A DNA stretch of 63,923 nucleotides, filler included, from Octopus bimaculoides (lineage: Eukaryota): assembly GCF_001194135.2 (NCBI RefSeq). It is 5 parts of 4 records of this genome, joined end to end, with 100 filler letters (N's around TTAATTAATTAA, not from the genome) between each part and the next. Parts side by side here need not be neighbours in the genome. Positions count along the whole stretch, not along the records: positions 17,411 to 43,353 come from NC_068982.1; positions 43,454 to 62,706 come from NC_068982.1; 3 more parts are not named here. One strand, 5' to 3'. Positions 41,460 through 53,895 of this stretch are shown here, one piece after another. The translations under genes were made by a program, and so were the position numbers. Positions within the stretch are counted from its first letter, which is position 1, and every line of letters starts with the position of its first letter. A model generated the notes under the pieces. It was not told the origin of the DNA. It saw only the letters and a list, made by a program, of their open reading frames with translations, and ran no database searches.

Positions 41460-41845
41460 TTCTTTTACTTGTTTCAGTCATTTGACTGCGGCCATGCTGG
41501 AGTACTGCCTTTAGTCGAGCAAATCGACCCCAGGACTCATTCTTTGTAAGCCTAGTACTTATTCTATTGGTTTCTTTTGCTGAATCGCTAAGTTACGGGG
41601 ACGTAAACACACCAGCATCGGTTGTCAAGCGATGTTGGAGGGACAAGCACAGACACAAACATATACACACACACACATATATATATACATATATACGACG
41701 GGCTTTTTTCAGTTTCCGTCTACCAAATCCACTCACAAGGCTTTGGTCGGCCCGAGTAGAAGGCACTTGCCCAAAGTGCCACGCAGTGGGACTGAACCCA
41801 TGACCATGTGGTTGTTAAGCAAGCTACTTACCGCACAGCCACTTC
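41460..41845 (-). mobile_element. SINE family B, near full length, CpG-rich
   Basis: Complete tail, central (CA/TA)n and tRNA-like head; most CpGs are retained. Confidence 0.88.
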
Positions 41846-42685
41846 TTACGTTCAATTACACGGTCATCTTGTGATGAACTTAAAGGCAACCTGACGATTG
41901 GAGGAGAAAATGGCATCAGCTTGCCATAAGTCTAGCCAGATATCTTTCTTCGAACATGAAATTTAGGTGGTTTTCAACAAATTTTTAAGATACTCTGCGC
42001 GCGCGTGTGTATTATCCTTTAGGCAAGAGGATAGGCAGTGTCTATGAACCGTTATAGGACCTCCGAAACTGTTAAGAGAGAGAGAACAAGTTATCCTCAA
42101 ATCAAAAACCTGGCCCGCAATGGAGCGAACTCAGCTAAAAGCATTTAAATTGCTGGGTAGTGTTGTTAAACTGGGTGACGGATTAACTATACGGGGTGAG
42201 AGAGAGAGGGAGAGAGAGAGAAAGAAAGAGACAGAGACAGAGCCAGACAGAAAGTGTGTGTCGTGTGTGTGTGTGTGTATGTGCGCGCGCACGCGCCTTT
42301 GTACTGTACTATGCTGAGGAGGTTAAACGCACCGAAACGTATGTTCATAGATGTTCCTGGACAAACAAAGTCAAATTGTCTTTGCTGTGTGTACCGCCAG
42401 TCTTTCTGGAAAATTTGGAAATTAAGTGTTTTATTAGATTCTGAAAGGAAATTGTTGTGCATCGATAAGTCAATTAAATATATCATTTGAAGATACATTC
42501 TTATTTCATTTGAGATCTATGCATGTAAAATATAGCAATAATACCTTACTATTAACAGTATACTGAAATTCCATAATTTATTGTCGACTTACGCGAATTC
42601 GGTTAATTGCTTACTCCAATTAATTGCACAATTTTTTTTTCATTATGCAGGCGATACAATCAAGAGGAAGCAATTGTACACAAAC

Positions 42686-42727
<42 letters not shown>

Positions 42728-42744
42728 TTATCATCATCATCATC

Positions 42745-43200
42745 ATCATTATTATTGAGTGAGAGAACAGTGCATGCCATCAAAGTGACACTGGGGTAAA
42801 ATATACGAAGCCCATTATACCCACCATGACTACCCGTCTGATAAGGGTACCCCAGGCACATGCATCACAACCTACGTGCGCGACATGGTGATCTCATATC
42901 AAGATAAACAACACATGACCTCGCAGGTGGGGCCCAGTTAGAATTTTCTTCAGGTCGAGTAGCCCATCCCACTCAAAAGGTCCCTGAATAAGGTTCGTTT
43001 AAGGAAGTTGAGCAAAACTACCATGTTTCCAAAGGTGAATTATTCAAATCTCAAAGAATTCCTCTCAACACATGGCTATGATGCTCCTCCACTACTTCTG
43101 CTCCTGATCAGAGATGCACATATCGTCAGCCACCAAGGGACATGCTCAACTGGTTAAAGTCAAACAACTGACAAGCAAATCTGTGGTATTAAGCAGAAGA
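42745..43200 (-). mobile_element. Probable retroposon with (AAT/GAT)n tail at 42686-42755
   Basis: Higher-complexity ~450-bp block directly abutting an (ATA)n/(ATC)n tail-like tract. Family not represented elsewhere in the window, so support is contextual only. Confidence 0.45.
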
Positions 43201-43353
43201 GTGAGAAGAGTGTTTTGGAGGTATCACTCCTCCAAAAATTGTGAACTTAGTTTGTAAAAGTGTATTGTTTTCAAGCCATGATTTGAAAACTACAAATAAA
43301 TATTGTGAACTTTGTTTAAAAAAGAAAAGGAATTTATTGTTTTCAAACCAAGT

Positions 43354-43453
43354 NNNNNNNNNNNNNNNNNNNNNNNNNNNNNNNNNNNNNNNNNNNNTTA
43401 ATTAATTAANNNNNNNNNNNNNNNNNNNNNNNNNNNNNNNNNNNNNNNNNNNN
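43354..43453. other. Artificial scaffold linker
   Basis: 44N + TTAATTAATTAA (43398-43409) + 44N. Confidence 0.9.
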
Positions 43454-44072
43454 TATATATATATATAATTATAATAATTTTAAAAACTTTTTTTTTAATG
43501 AAATGCATTGAAATAAATTTTGAAATAATGTCATGTACATTGCATCATAAGCTTATGAATAAAGATTGGAAAAAAATGTTTGTATAACCAGAAAGATATA
43601 TGAATATGTATGATAAACACTTTAAATCTTTACATTTGCTCCTCGCCTCTCACTAACATATGCCTACATCTATCTCTTTTTATACATCTCTTTCCTCCAT
43701 GCTTCTCTTTCTAGTCCTGATGAATTTTGTAAATTACATACAAGGTGATATCTCAAATGTTAAAGGTATTACCTTTGAGACTAAACAATAATGTATGCAC
43801 ATATATTATTGCATTATGAATTCATTCTCTTCATATTATTAATTAATATTTATGTTCATTAAATCTATTTCCCATGTTGTAACTACAGAATCAAACATAA
43901 TATTATAAATTCTAGTCTTTGTTTTGATATATATACATATTCTGTGATTAATATACTTGACAAGGAATTTCAATTTGTTTGCATGGTTTTCTCCTTAAAC
44001 ATAAAGGTAGCTAGAATTTGCACAAGTGCTTCATGAAGACACAAACTTGAATTATAATCCTTCATATATATC

Positions 44073-44240
44073 ATCATCATCACCATCACCTGGTTTGACA
44101 GGGGCTTCCAAGGCCAGGAGCCATATAAAGTCCCATCGTCTGATGTGGCATGGTTTCTACAGCTGGACCCCTTTCCTAACACCAACCACTTTACAGAGTG
44201 TACTAGGTGCTTTTTATGTGGCACCAGCACATAAAAACAT
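44073..44240 (-). mobile_element. Retroposon family D (tail ...GATGATGAT)
   Basis: Reverse complement of GTGGTTGGTGTTAGGAAxGGGxTCCAGCTGTAGAAAC, seen on + at 47935-47980, 50470-50500 and 62470-62505. Confidence 0.7.
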
Positions 44241-45342
44241 GTCAGAAGATTTTTTTTGATTACCTATTTGCTTAAAGTAGGGATGTGTACTTGTTCCAGC
44301 TTTGCCCTCCCTGTACCTTGCACCCTTGCTCAATGAAATTCTCTTAACAATCCTAGTCTAGAAATCAAGTATTGTTTCAATGGTGGATTCTACAATCAGT
44401 CCGGACTTTGGTCATAATGACTGACCAATGGCTCCCGTGTCACTGGACTGCACTATTTCAATGGCAATGCCTTACCAGCTCTTTCACCAGAAGAATTGCA
44501 GGAATCTGTCAACAACTCAAAAATGACCTTTTTGTTCTGACAATCAAAAAAAAAAAACAAAAAAAAAAACAACCCAAAACACTTGCACAAATTGCTCGAA
44601 ACTCAATCCTTCCAGTCTCCAACACACCACTGGAACTGGCAGACCAGTTCCTTTACCTTGTGTGTATCCTCTCCACAATATAAGGATTCACCATACTTTT
44701 TAACTTACATACTCAATGTGTGTGTGTGTATCTTTATGTTTGTACCCCACAATGACCTCGAACCCACAAGAGTAAACAAGAGAGACAGAGACAGGAAAAT
44801 GCCCCTTGTATTTGAATACTATGCAAATATTCTTTTAAAAAACTTTTCTTTTAATTTTTCCAAAATTTAATTGTTTTCTATACTTACAGTTGAAAAAGTC
44901 TCAATGACCGAAACTGGTACTGAAATGTTTTTTATAAAATTATTTTAGCATTTTCTATTTTGACTTTTTTGCAATATATATTTATATATACATACACACA
45001 TATATATGTATGTACACACACACACATACATACATACGCACGTGTACATCATCATTTTAATGTCTACTTTTCTTGGTCTGCATTGGTCAGATGAATTTCT
45101 TGGAGGCACATTTCCTATGACCTGACTCTCTTCCTGCCACCAGACCCTCACCTAGTTTCAAGCAAGGTAATATTTCTTCTCGTTCTCTCAACATGAACAT
45201 CACAATTACCAAATATGTTTCCAAGGAATGTTGCAGACAAACAATATCACTAATATGACAACAATATTTATTTGCAATTAGCATGCAATGTAAAGATAAT
45301 TTCAGAACCCATTACACAAGTGTGCATTTGTGTATGCACATG

Positions 45343-46237
45343 TGAGGTCTGATCAATAAATATCTAGACTGTTGCCATAGTAATGAAGCTAAAGCATGCA
45401 GAGTGAAGCCACTTGGCAAAGATTGATCTTGCACTCTGCCGTGCATGTGCACTAAGTTTTGACATTCTAGCTCATTTCTGCTGTTTACAGCAGTGCTTGG
45501 AAGGAAGGTGTGTAGCATGCAATCGTTGCATTGACCATGACAGAGAAAGTTGTCATGGCGATACCTGCTCAGAGGCCAATGCAAAGTTGCAGAAAGTGTA
45601 TGGAGAGGAATGTGTGAGCTGCACACAAGTGTATGAGTGGTTCAGATGTTTTCAAAATGGCCGAAAAAATGTTGATATTGATGAATGTTTTAGGAGACCT
45701 GCAACCAGAAGAACTGAGAAACACATCACAGGTGTGCATGCAGCTGTGAGGGGAAATCATTGAATCATGATCCGTGAGTTATGAGAGGATGTGCAGATTA
45801 GTTACGGTTCAGTTCAGTCCATTATAACTGAAGATTTGGGTGTGAGACGTGTGTCTGCCAAATTTGTGCCAAAACTGCTTTCAGCTGACCAAAAAGAAAC
45901 TCGGGTTTCAGTTGCACAAGATCTCCTTGATTGTGTTCAGAATGATGAAAACCTTTTGAAAACTTTGCGTAGGCCTCTGAACAGGTATCACCAAGCTTTT
46001 GGCAAAATTTGATGCAGCTTCTCTGCTCAACTTCCTCTGTCATGGTCAATGTGACTATAATACGCTACACATCTTCCTTCCAAATACTACTGTAAACAGT
46101 AGAGGTGAGCTAGAATGTTAAAACTTAGTGTGCATGCACAGCAGTGTTCAAAGTCAATCTGTGCCAGGTGACTTTACTCTGCGTGCTTCAGCTTCGTTAC
46201 TATGGCAACTATCTGGATACTTATTGATCAGACCACG
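45343..46237. mobile_element. Non-autonomous mariner derivative built from two inverted 5' ends
   Basis: Plus frames give LQKVYGEECVSCTQVYEWFRCFQNGRKNVD and SVQSIITEDLGVRRVSAKFVPKLLSADQKETRV (mariner HTH region). The minus strand gives MTMTEEVEQRSCIKFCQKLGDTCSEAYAK. The two ends are ~280-nt inverted repeats; TA at 46238-46239. Confidence 0.88.
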
Positions 46238-46504
46238 TATGTATATTTGCAATATTCTAAGAGTGAGTATTTTAAGTGCTGAGGTTCTTGTAAAGAAATA
46301 AGAAGAAATCATGTGAAGATTAAATTGGAAAAGACAGGCATAAGTTGCCACAGAATTTTAAATGAAAACTGAACAGAAAAAAATCACACTGCAGACTATA
46401 GTGATATGCACACTTTGAAATATGTCTTTCTGATATTCTGAGAGAACCATAAGAACTTTGTAGAATTATTTGCAAAGAAATGAAAAAGAAATCCTACCAA
46501 ACAT

Positions 46505-46712
46505 ATTGGTTCCAAACTTTGGCATAAGGTCAGCAAGTTTGGGGGAGGGAGGGAGTTGATTACACTGACCCCAGTGTTTAATTGGTACTTATTTTATCGA
46601 CCCTGAAGGGATGAAAGGCAAAGCTGGCCTCGATGGAATTTGAACTCAGAACATAGAGATGAGCAAAATGTCACTAATGTGCTAATGAAACTGCCACCTT
46701 GCCACCTTCAAC
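46505..46712 (-). mobile_element. SINE family C, strongly CpG-decayed
   Basis: TATCGACCCTGAAGGGATGAAAGGCAAAGCTGGCCTCGATGGAATTTGAACTCAGAACAT... Confidence 0.72.
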
Positions 46713-47687
46713 CCTACCTGACATTCTTTTTTCTTTAGTTACAAATGGAGATGTTCAAAATTTTCTTGCAGTCAAAATCCTTCCTCACATATTAACTGCA
46801 AGAAATACCGAACAATATCTCCATTTGTAACCAAAGAGAAATGGGTGAACTATAAAAGTGTATGAATGCATTAAGGAGTTGACTCCTAAAAGCATTAAAT
46901 ATTCTTGTGAGAAAGTGAGGCAGGCTTCTGTGGTGGTTTTTAATCTTTTGTCTGATGATGAAGAAATCTCTCTCAAACAGGAGATGGAAATGTCAAGGGC
47001 GGTGCTTGATTGATTGTTGTTATGTCTGTCCACATGGATACATTGTACATCTGAACGTGTTTGATTGTTTGGAAAGGGAGAGTGATATTCTGGTTGCTCA
47101 AGCACAAATGTGTGTGTGTGCGTGTGTGTAGATTTGCAGATTTTCATTTTGGAAATATGAGACATTTACATTACACAACTACAGAATTTGTGTTACTCGT
47201 TAAGCAATAATAATTACTTCAATATCTAATTTCAATCCAATGACAATGTAATATGGGGTTCAGACATGACTGTTCAATTAGCAGCAATGTAGTTCTGGTT
47301 TCAATGTCCTGTATGGCATATTGAGCAAGTGCTTCATACCATAAAACTTAAATTAATTGATGCCTTGTCAGTGGAATTTGGTAAACAGACACTGTGCAGA
47401 AACCAATTGAATTTATATATGCCTGTATACATATTTCCATAATGCATATGGTGATGGATGTAAACATCAGTGAAAAAAAAAATAAAATGCAAAGAAGCCA
47501 GTGTTTCTAGAATGAAGACCCTAGTTATATTAGTTCTGCCATTCTCATGTGTTACAAGAACATTTTTAGGAAAGACTTCCAAGATATGACATAACGATTT
47601 CCAGATTCTTCTTGTGCAGAGATCTGAAAACGATAGCAACCAATGCAACCTCGCCAACATTTACAAATTAATACAATGTGTGTAAAG

Positions 47688-48110
47688 CCCTGGTGCTGGT
47701 GCCACATGAAAAACGCTGGTGCTGGTGCCACATGAAAAGCACTGGTGCCATATAAAAAGCCCTGGTGCTGGTGCCATGTAAAATGCCATAGTGATGGAAC
47801 CACATAAATAGCACTGATGCTGGTGCCATGTAAAAACACTGGTGTTGGTGCCACATAAAAAGCTATGGTGCTAGTGCCACATAAGCCCTAGAGCTGGTGC
47901 CATGGAAAATGCTCTCAGCACACTTGATAAAGTGATTGGCATTAGGAATGGCATTAGGAATGGCATCCAGCTGTAGAAACCATGCCAAAGAGCGAATGGA
48001 ACCTGGTGCAGCTCCTGGCCATGTCAACTACTGTCGAACCATCCAACTCATGCCAGCATGGAACATGGATGTTTAACGATGATGAGAATGATGATGATGA
48101 GAATGAAGAT
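47688..48110 (+). mobile_element. Retroposon family D with internal ~27-bp minisatellite expansion
   Basis: About nine degenerate GCACTGGTGCTGGTGCCACATGAAAA units at 47688-47915, then GGCATCCAGCTGTAGAAAC...GCATGGAACATGGATGTTTAACGATGATGA. Confidence 0.75.
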
Positions 48111-48617
48111 GATGTGTGTGTGCACACCTATAGGTATTCAAAATTAAGCTATCACATGATGATGCAAGACTGAGCCATTCACAACCTACTGTACGGACGA
48201 AGGTTACAGAATAAAAAAAAATTATCATCATAGAAATGGATTTAGGTTGGTGGCTAATTATCATTGATCTGTATTTAACATGAATAATTGGAGATGGAAA
48301 TCATTAAAAAATAAGACTAGAGAGTGATGCAAAAAGAAGCTATAATCATAAGCGTTAATCTGTCCATTTGAAATTCGTAGCACTGACTGGAACTAATAAT
48401 GTTGGCAATAGTGATTGATTTTTATCTTCTACATTCCTCATGAAGCTAAAGTCAACCAGTTCCACAGTTACCTGACTTAATATACAGAACGTAATAGCAT
48501 ACATTTTCCTTGACAATTAAAGTCTGGCAACTTTTCTATTTCTTTCTCTTATTTTTTTTTTTTCCTTTTCTTCAACTTTTTCAGATCAATGTTTGAATGT
48601 TAGGAGGTTTTCTTTTA

Positions 48618-48826
48618 TTCTTTTACTTGTTTCAGTCATTTGACAGTGGCCATGCTGGAGCACCGCCTTTAGTCGAGCAAATCGACCCCAGGACTTATTC
48701 TTTGTAAGCCTAGTACTTATTCTATCGGTCTCTTTTGCCAAACCGTTAAGTTACGAGGACATAAACGCACCAACATCGGCTGTCAAGTGTTGGTGGGAGG
48801 ACAAGCACAGACACACAAATACATGC

Positions 48827-48898
<72 letters not shown>

Positions 48899-49060
48899 CA
48901 GGCTTCTTTCAGTTTCTGTCTACCACATCCACACTCCCAGAGCTTTGGTTGGCCTGAGGCTTTGGTAGAAGACACTTGCCCAAGGTGCCACACAGTGGGA
49001 CTGAACACAGAACCATGTGGTTGGGAAGTAAGCTTCTTATCACACAGCCACTCCCGTGCC
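48618..49060 (-). mobile_element. SINE family B, full length with expanded central (CT)(TA) microsatellite
   Basis: Colinear with 41460-41845; several CpG to TpG/CpA changes. Confidence 0.88.
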
Positions 49061-50254
49061 TATAAAGCCACTCCTGCAACTATGAAAAATGAATATTTTC
49101 ATATGTTTTATTATATATTTAAGCTGTTCACTTTAATGACCAGCTAAATGCCTTCAAAATCTGTTGAAAGTGAAGTAAGCAGTGAACCTGTTTATCAGTT
49201 AAGTAGACTGAGGTAACTAGAATTATATGCTTTTACCACTCAAAGTTTATAAATATAGTTTCCTAGCCTTAGTCTTGTCTGATATAACGAACACATTCAG
49301 CAATAGCGAGCAAGAAGATAAACCAATAATGGGAAAATAATATCAATGTAAATATATTAAAATGTTTTATATCTAAGGACAAAGGTAGAAGTACGAAAAT
49401 TATACACTTGAAACGACAGCTGTTAAATGTAGAAGAACAGAACAAACATACATGCATTAAGCCTACCAATATATTACATCAGGCTTATCTGTTCTCCATA
49501 CACCACTGATCTGATGAAAATTGATAGGAAAAAGAGAAAAGCCCAACAGCTCAGAAACTTGGCCACAAAGTTGCAGCATCTCTTCACAGTTATTGTACAA
49601 GAAAATAAATAAATTTCTATAAGTTGCAAGAAAATGACATTTTTCGATTACTTTTACAAATGAATTGTTTTTTAAGTCTGCCCTGTTTCAATCAGTTTGA
49701 TCTCCAATAAGCAGCGTCAGGAGTTTTATTCATGAATATGTACATAGAAGGTGACTAGATTACCATAACTTCTAAACCAAGGAGAGATATGACCACCACT
49801 GCGTGAATTAGTGGTCTAGTGGATAAGGTGTTGGTTTAGAAACAATTTACCTGCTAGACTACTAACTCAAAGTTTAGAATAAAAGATCCTTGGTTCAAAT
49901 CTCATCTGGTACTATGTAAAGAACCAACAATAACATACTTAAGGGCAACTGAATATTGAAGAAACAAGGGAGAAATAGAACAGGTATAAATATGTCTGAA
50001 AGGATGCGGACAGTGGGGAAGAAATTATGCACTTTGATATTTTTTTTGGCATTAAAAAAATCAAATGGAAACATTTCTTAGTAAAATTGTCTCTCAAACA
50101 TAAACAAAATGTGATTACATACGAAAGCTGTACACAATTTGCAGTCTATGAAAAAGGATTTATTGTTTGCATTTTAAAAGTGATAAGAAAACTACAAACT
50201 CCTTTCTTGGAAATATTTCTATAGAAAAAACTACAGAAATTAAGCAGACTACAC

Positions 50255-50620
50255 AGCACTGGTGACTCACATAAAAAGCATTGGTGCTGGTGCCATGTAA
50301 AGAGCATTGGTGCTGCATAGAAAGCATTGGTGACAGTCCCACATAAAAATCACTGGTTTCAAGTAAGTAACACTGATGTTGGTGCTACATAAAATGCACT
50401 GGTTCTGGTGCAATGCAAAAGGTACTGGTGATGGTTCCAGTAAAAAGTCCCCAGTACACTCTATAAAGTGCTTGGCATTAGGAAGGGCATCCAGCTGTAG
50501 AAATTATGCCAAAACAGACAATAGAACCAGGGTGCAGCTTTTTGTCTTGCCATCTCCTGTCAAACCATCCAAACCATTGCAGCATAGAAAACGGTCACTT
50601 AATGATGATGGTGATGATAT
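50255..50620 (+). mobile_element. Retroposon family D with a shorter minisatellite
   Basis: GCACTGGTGAC/GCATTGGTGCTGGTGCCATGTAAA units, then AGGAAGGGCATCCAGCTGTAGAAA...AATGATGATGGTGATGAT. Confidence 0.72.
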
Positions 50621-53600
50621 TTAATTTGTGTAAATCTGATTTGTGTGTTGGTTTCATTAATACCACTAAGAACATTGAAAACATCTTATTGGAAAAGAGA
50701 GACAGGTGTTTGTTCAACTCTGAATAGTATTCTAAAATCAACATAGAAATATAAGTGTTATGGAATTAAATAAAAACTTATAGAGAAGTATGTCAGGATA
50801 ATGTTTATGTTAATTATTCTTTGTTAAAGGGAAATTATAAATGAGATTTAGAAATGTTCATTTTTGATGTCTATTTTATGCCTTCTGAACCTATTAAAGT
50901 GCACAACAGCTGGCTCTTTATACAACTCTTCCAATTTGAAATTCGGCTTTTCACAGCGCTTACCATTTCAAGTGAACACCTGTTGGTATTGTTATTACTG
51001 AAAGTTACATAAATCTAACCTAACTGAACATTCTGTTGTCAATGTCTTAATTCTCCAACTGGAAAGGTATATAAAATGAAATGATTAAAACGATTTTGAG
51101 TGAAAGTAGAAAAACTATAAGTAGATTTGTTGACTTGAGGTAAGGAAGACCATGTTGAGTGAATGGTTTAATGGAGGAGACAACTACAAGTCAATAATTC
51201 ATATCCTGTAATTGTCACCAATGCTGAACCACATTCAAAGCTCTCAGCTGGTCAGTCTTAGATCTCAGTTGGCCAGCCTAAGTTCCCAACTCCCTGTCAA
51301 TAAAACCCAAAGCTCATCCCAGAATATCACACTTGGCTGGTAAAGATATCTCCAGCTGGAATTATATTGTGCACTACAAACTAAAAAATAATTCATCAAT
51401 GTTAAGTGTTGCTATGACTGTGGAGGTCTGTTTGTTGCCTTGTATTATCTCCTCCCAACACATCTGAAGTAATCGGATAGAAACTATTATCTCTGGTAGA
51501 TTTTGATCTTAGAAAATAATACAAATAATGAAAAGATAGCTTAGTCTTATAAAAGTTTGATAATTTCTTTATAGAATCCAAAATGGCACAGTGCAGAAAA
51601 GACATATACATAATGTGGGTATTTTATGTCTGTAGCCAGAATTCTGTGCATCAATTTATTCAAGTTTAGGAACTGGATATCTGCCATATATAATGGAAAC
51701 TATTGACCGGTGCCCTTTTTACAAATCCTTGTAATGTCATCACTGTTCCCCTCATTCTAACAACTCTCTTTTTATGCTGCTATGAAGAGACACAATGCAG
51801 CTTGTGTCCGTTTTGTTTTGATCTTGTTTCCTCTCATTTGTGACTTTTAACATTCTCAGGATTGTTTTTACTGCTCATATTTTCCTTGATTTCCTTCATC
51901 ATTTTGGAAACCAGCAAATTATAACATTCTTTCATACAGTATATCATTAGAGCAGATCAGCAATAGAAATGCATTTTCTGCAAATATCAATCAATAATTT
52001 CGATGCCAAGCCATTTTTCCTACTGACTTGAACTCTTTTAGTCTGAGAAATTAGAATTGCAAATTCATTAGACACAGCTTATTTCTTTCCCTCTACTCAA
52101 GTTTTTCCATTACATCATGCATGTCATACATGAGTGTTACAATGACAAAGTCGAAGTTTCTCTACTTTCAGTTTTAATTGACAATATGTCACAATACATA
52201 TTGCAAAGCTGAAGCTAAAAGCACATATACATGTTTTTGAGCCTGTGACTGCGTCTTTATGAATACATTTTACAAATGCTTATGAACGACTGAATCAATT
52301 GAGGCTCAAACAAAATATCTTTTTATGGTATTTAGTCAGGTTGTTGTTACATCTGGATTTTAGATCCCACCAAAGTGAATTTTAGATTTCATGCTTCTGA
52401 GATCTAATAAATTAGCAATTTGCTTGATTCCTGGTTCAAAATTTATGCCTTATGTCAATGTTAGAAATCAATATTTTTATAGCATTTATCAGTGGTCACA
52501 AAAGTTGGAATGTCTGCAATATTTTGATATTCCAGCTGTAATTATAGAAATTCCAAATCAAATTCCAGTTCAAAATGCAAAACGGAAACAATTGTGTGCC
52601 ATGTTGCTTAACTAATTAATGTGTTGAGACCAGATGCATTTGAACTCTAATGTTTGTCTTCTAACACCTTAATCACCTCTTAGTTCACACACACATTCAC
52701 ATGCATGAGAGAGAGAGAGAGAGAGAGTGAGTATGTGAGTGTGTGTGTGTAAAATATACTACACATCACATTATGGTAAGTGTTGCATCAACGAAAAGTT
52801 CAATATCACTTAATGATTTCAAAATAATTTTTTCCTTTCAAAACGTAGCACAACAATAAATGTAATTTAGAAAACAATTTCTCTGCAATTTCCTATAATA
52901 AATGGCATTATTTTGAAGAAAGAAACAAATAAAACAATATTAAACTACATTCTCCATTATCAAGTTTTGTTCTACTCTGTGCATTTCTACACTCAACCAG
53001 TCTAATCTCTATATCTGAACACATAAATAACATTTTCATTTTGAACTGAACCAACAGAAGAGATATATCATCATCTTTACAAATACGAGACAACAATTAC
53101 CGCTTGAAGAAGAATGAAACACAATTGCAAGAGATCATTGAATAAAAAAACATGAATATACTTTGCCATTATTTGTTTGTTTTTCAAATTCATAAAGGAA
53201 AAGAAATTGAATAAATTGTAATACATACAAACCTACATATATACACATATAGATATACAGGTGTGTGTATGCATATGTATATATGCACAGATATATACCC
53301 ATACATACATGTCATTTTGTTTCCTTTCAACTTCATTTCATTTATAACCACCATCATTATCATCTGTGTACTTATCTAAAAATTGACATTGACTGTTGTT
53401 TTGGCTTGTTTTATTAATTACCGTCTGGCTAGAATTTTCTCCAGTTTTATCCTCTCCATATTACGTATAAATCAATGGATCTCATAATACATCTAGATGT
53501 ATTGATGCATTACTCCATTTTGTGGTCTGACTAATAATCTCTTCTGCACACCATTGCATGACTATGTGAATGTATTGTGTGTGTAGGAACAACATGTAAA

Positions 53601-53780
53601 ACAGACATTCAAAAATGATAATAATGATGATGATGACTCTAACTACATTGTCGCCTCGACCTGTTCATCTCTTCAGAAAAATAACCATAATCTACTTTGA
53701 AAAACAGTTTCAACACAAAATACAAAAGATTTACAAGCAGAAAAAAAAATGATCGTGTACAGGAGGGGAGAGTGACTCAC

Positions 53781-53895
53781 CAATAAAAGCATGGAACTTT
53801 CCTTCTTCAGTATAAGAATCTACAAGAACTCCTCCAAGTTTGATGCAATTGTTGAAAACTATGTCATTTGACCATTTGATTTCAATGTTAATATC
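53781..53895 (-). CDS. HLCS: HLCS internal exon D (115 nt, phase 0 to 1)
   Basis: Acceptor gattcttttcag|GAT and donor G|gtgagt. Encodes DINIEIKWSNDIVFNNCIKLGGVLVDSYTEEGKFHAFI(G), with a KWxND motif and the catalytic K(L/I)GG(V/I)L motif. Confidence 0.93.

Noticed and set aside
47688-47915. Regularly spaced ~27-bp repeats suggesting a CRISPR array
   Set aside because: Units are contiguous and degenerate with no unique spacers, they sit inside a retroposon, there are no cas genes, and the context is eukaryotic.
48130-48190. Phase-1 candidate exon (G)CEWLSLASSCDSLILNTYR as the next HLCS exon
   Set aside because: No GxGxNV motif, too short, and a weak acceptor.
49800-49912. TGGTCTAGTGG ... GGTTCAAATCT, possibly an intron-containing tRNA
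   Set aside because: Acceptor and anticodon stems do not pair convincingly; at best a decayed pseudogene.
51250-51382. Phase-1 open stretch after TTTTTTAG (CSAQYNSSWRYLYQPSVIFWDELW...*) as alternative last HLCS exon; also micro-exon candidates at ~50974-51006 and ~49467-49510
   Set aside because: No similarity to the BPL C-terminus; such splice-like signals arise by chance in AT-rich introns.
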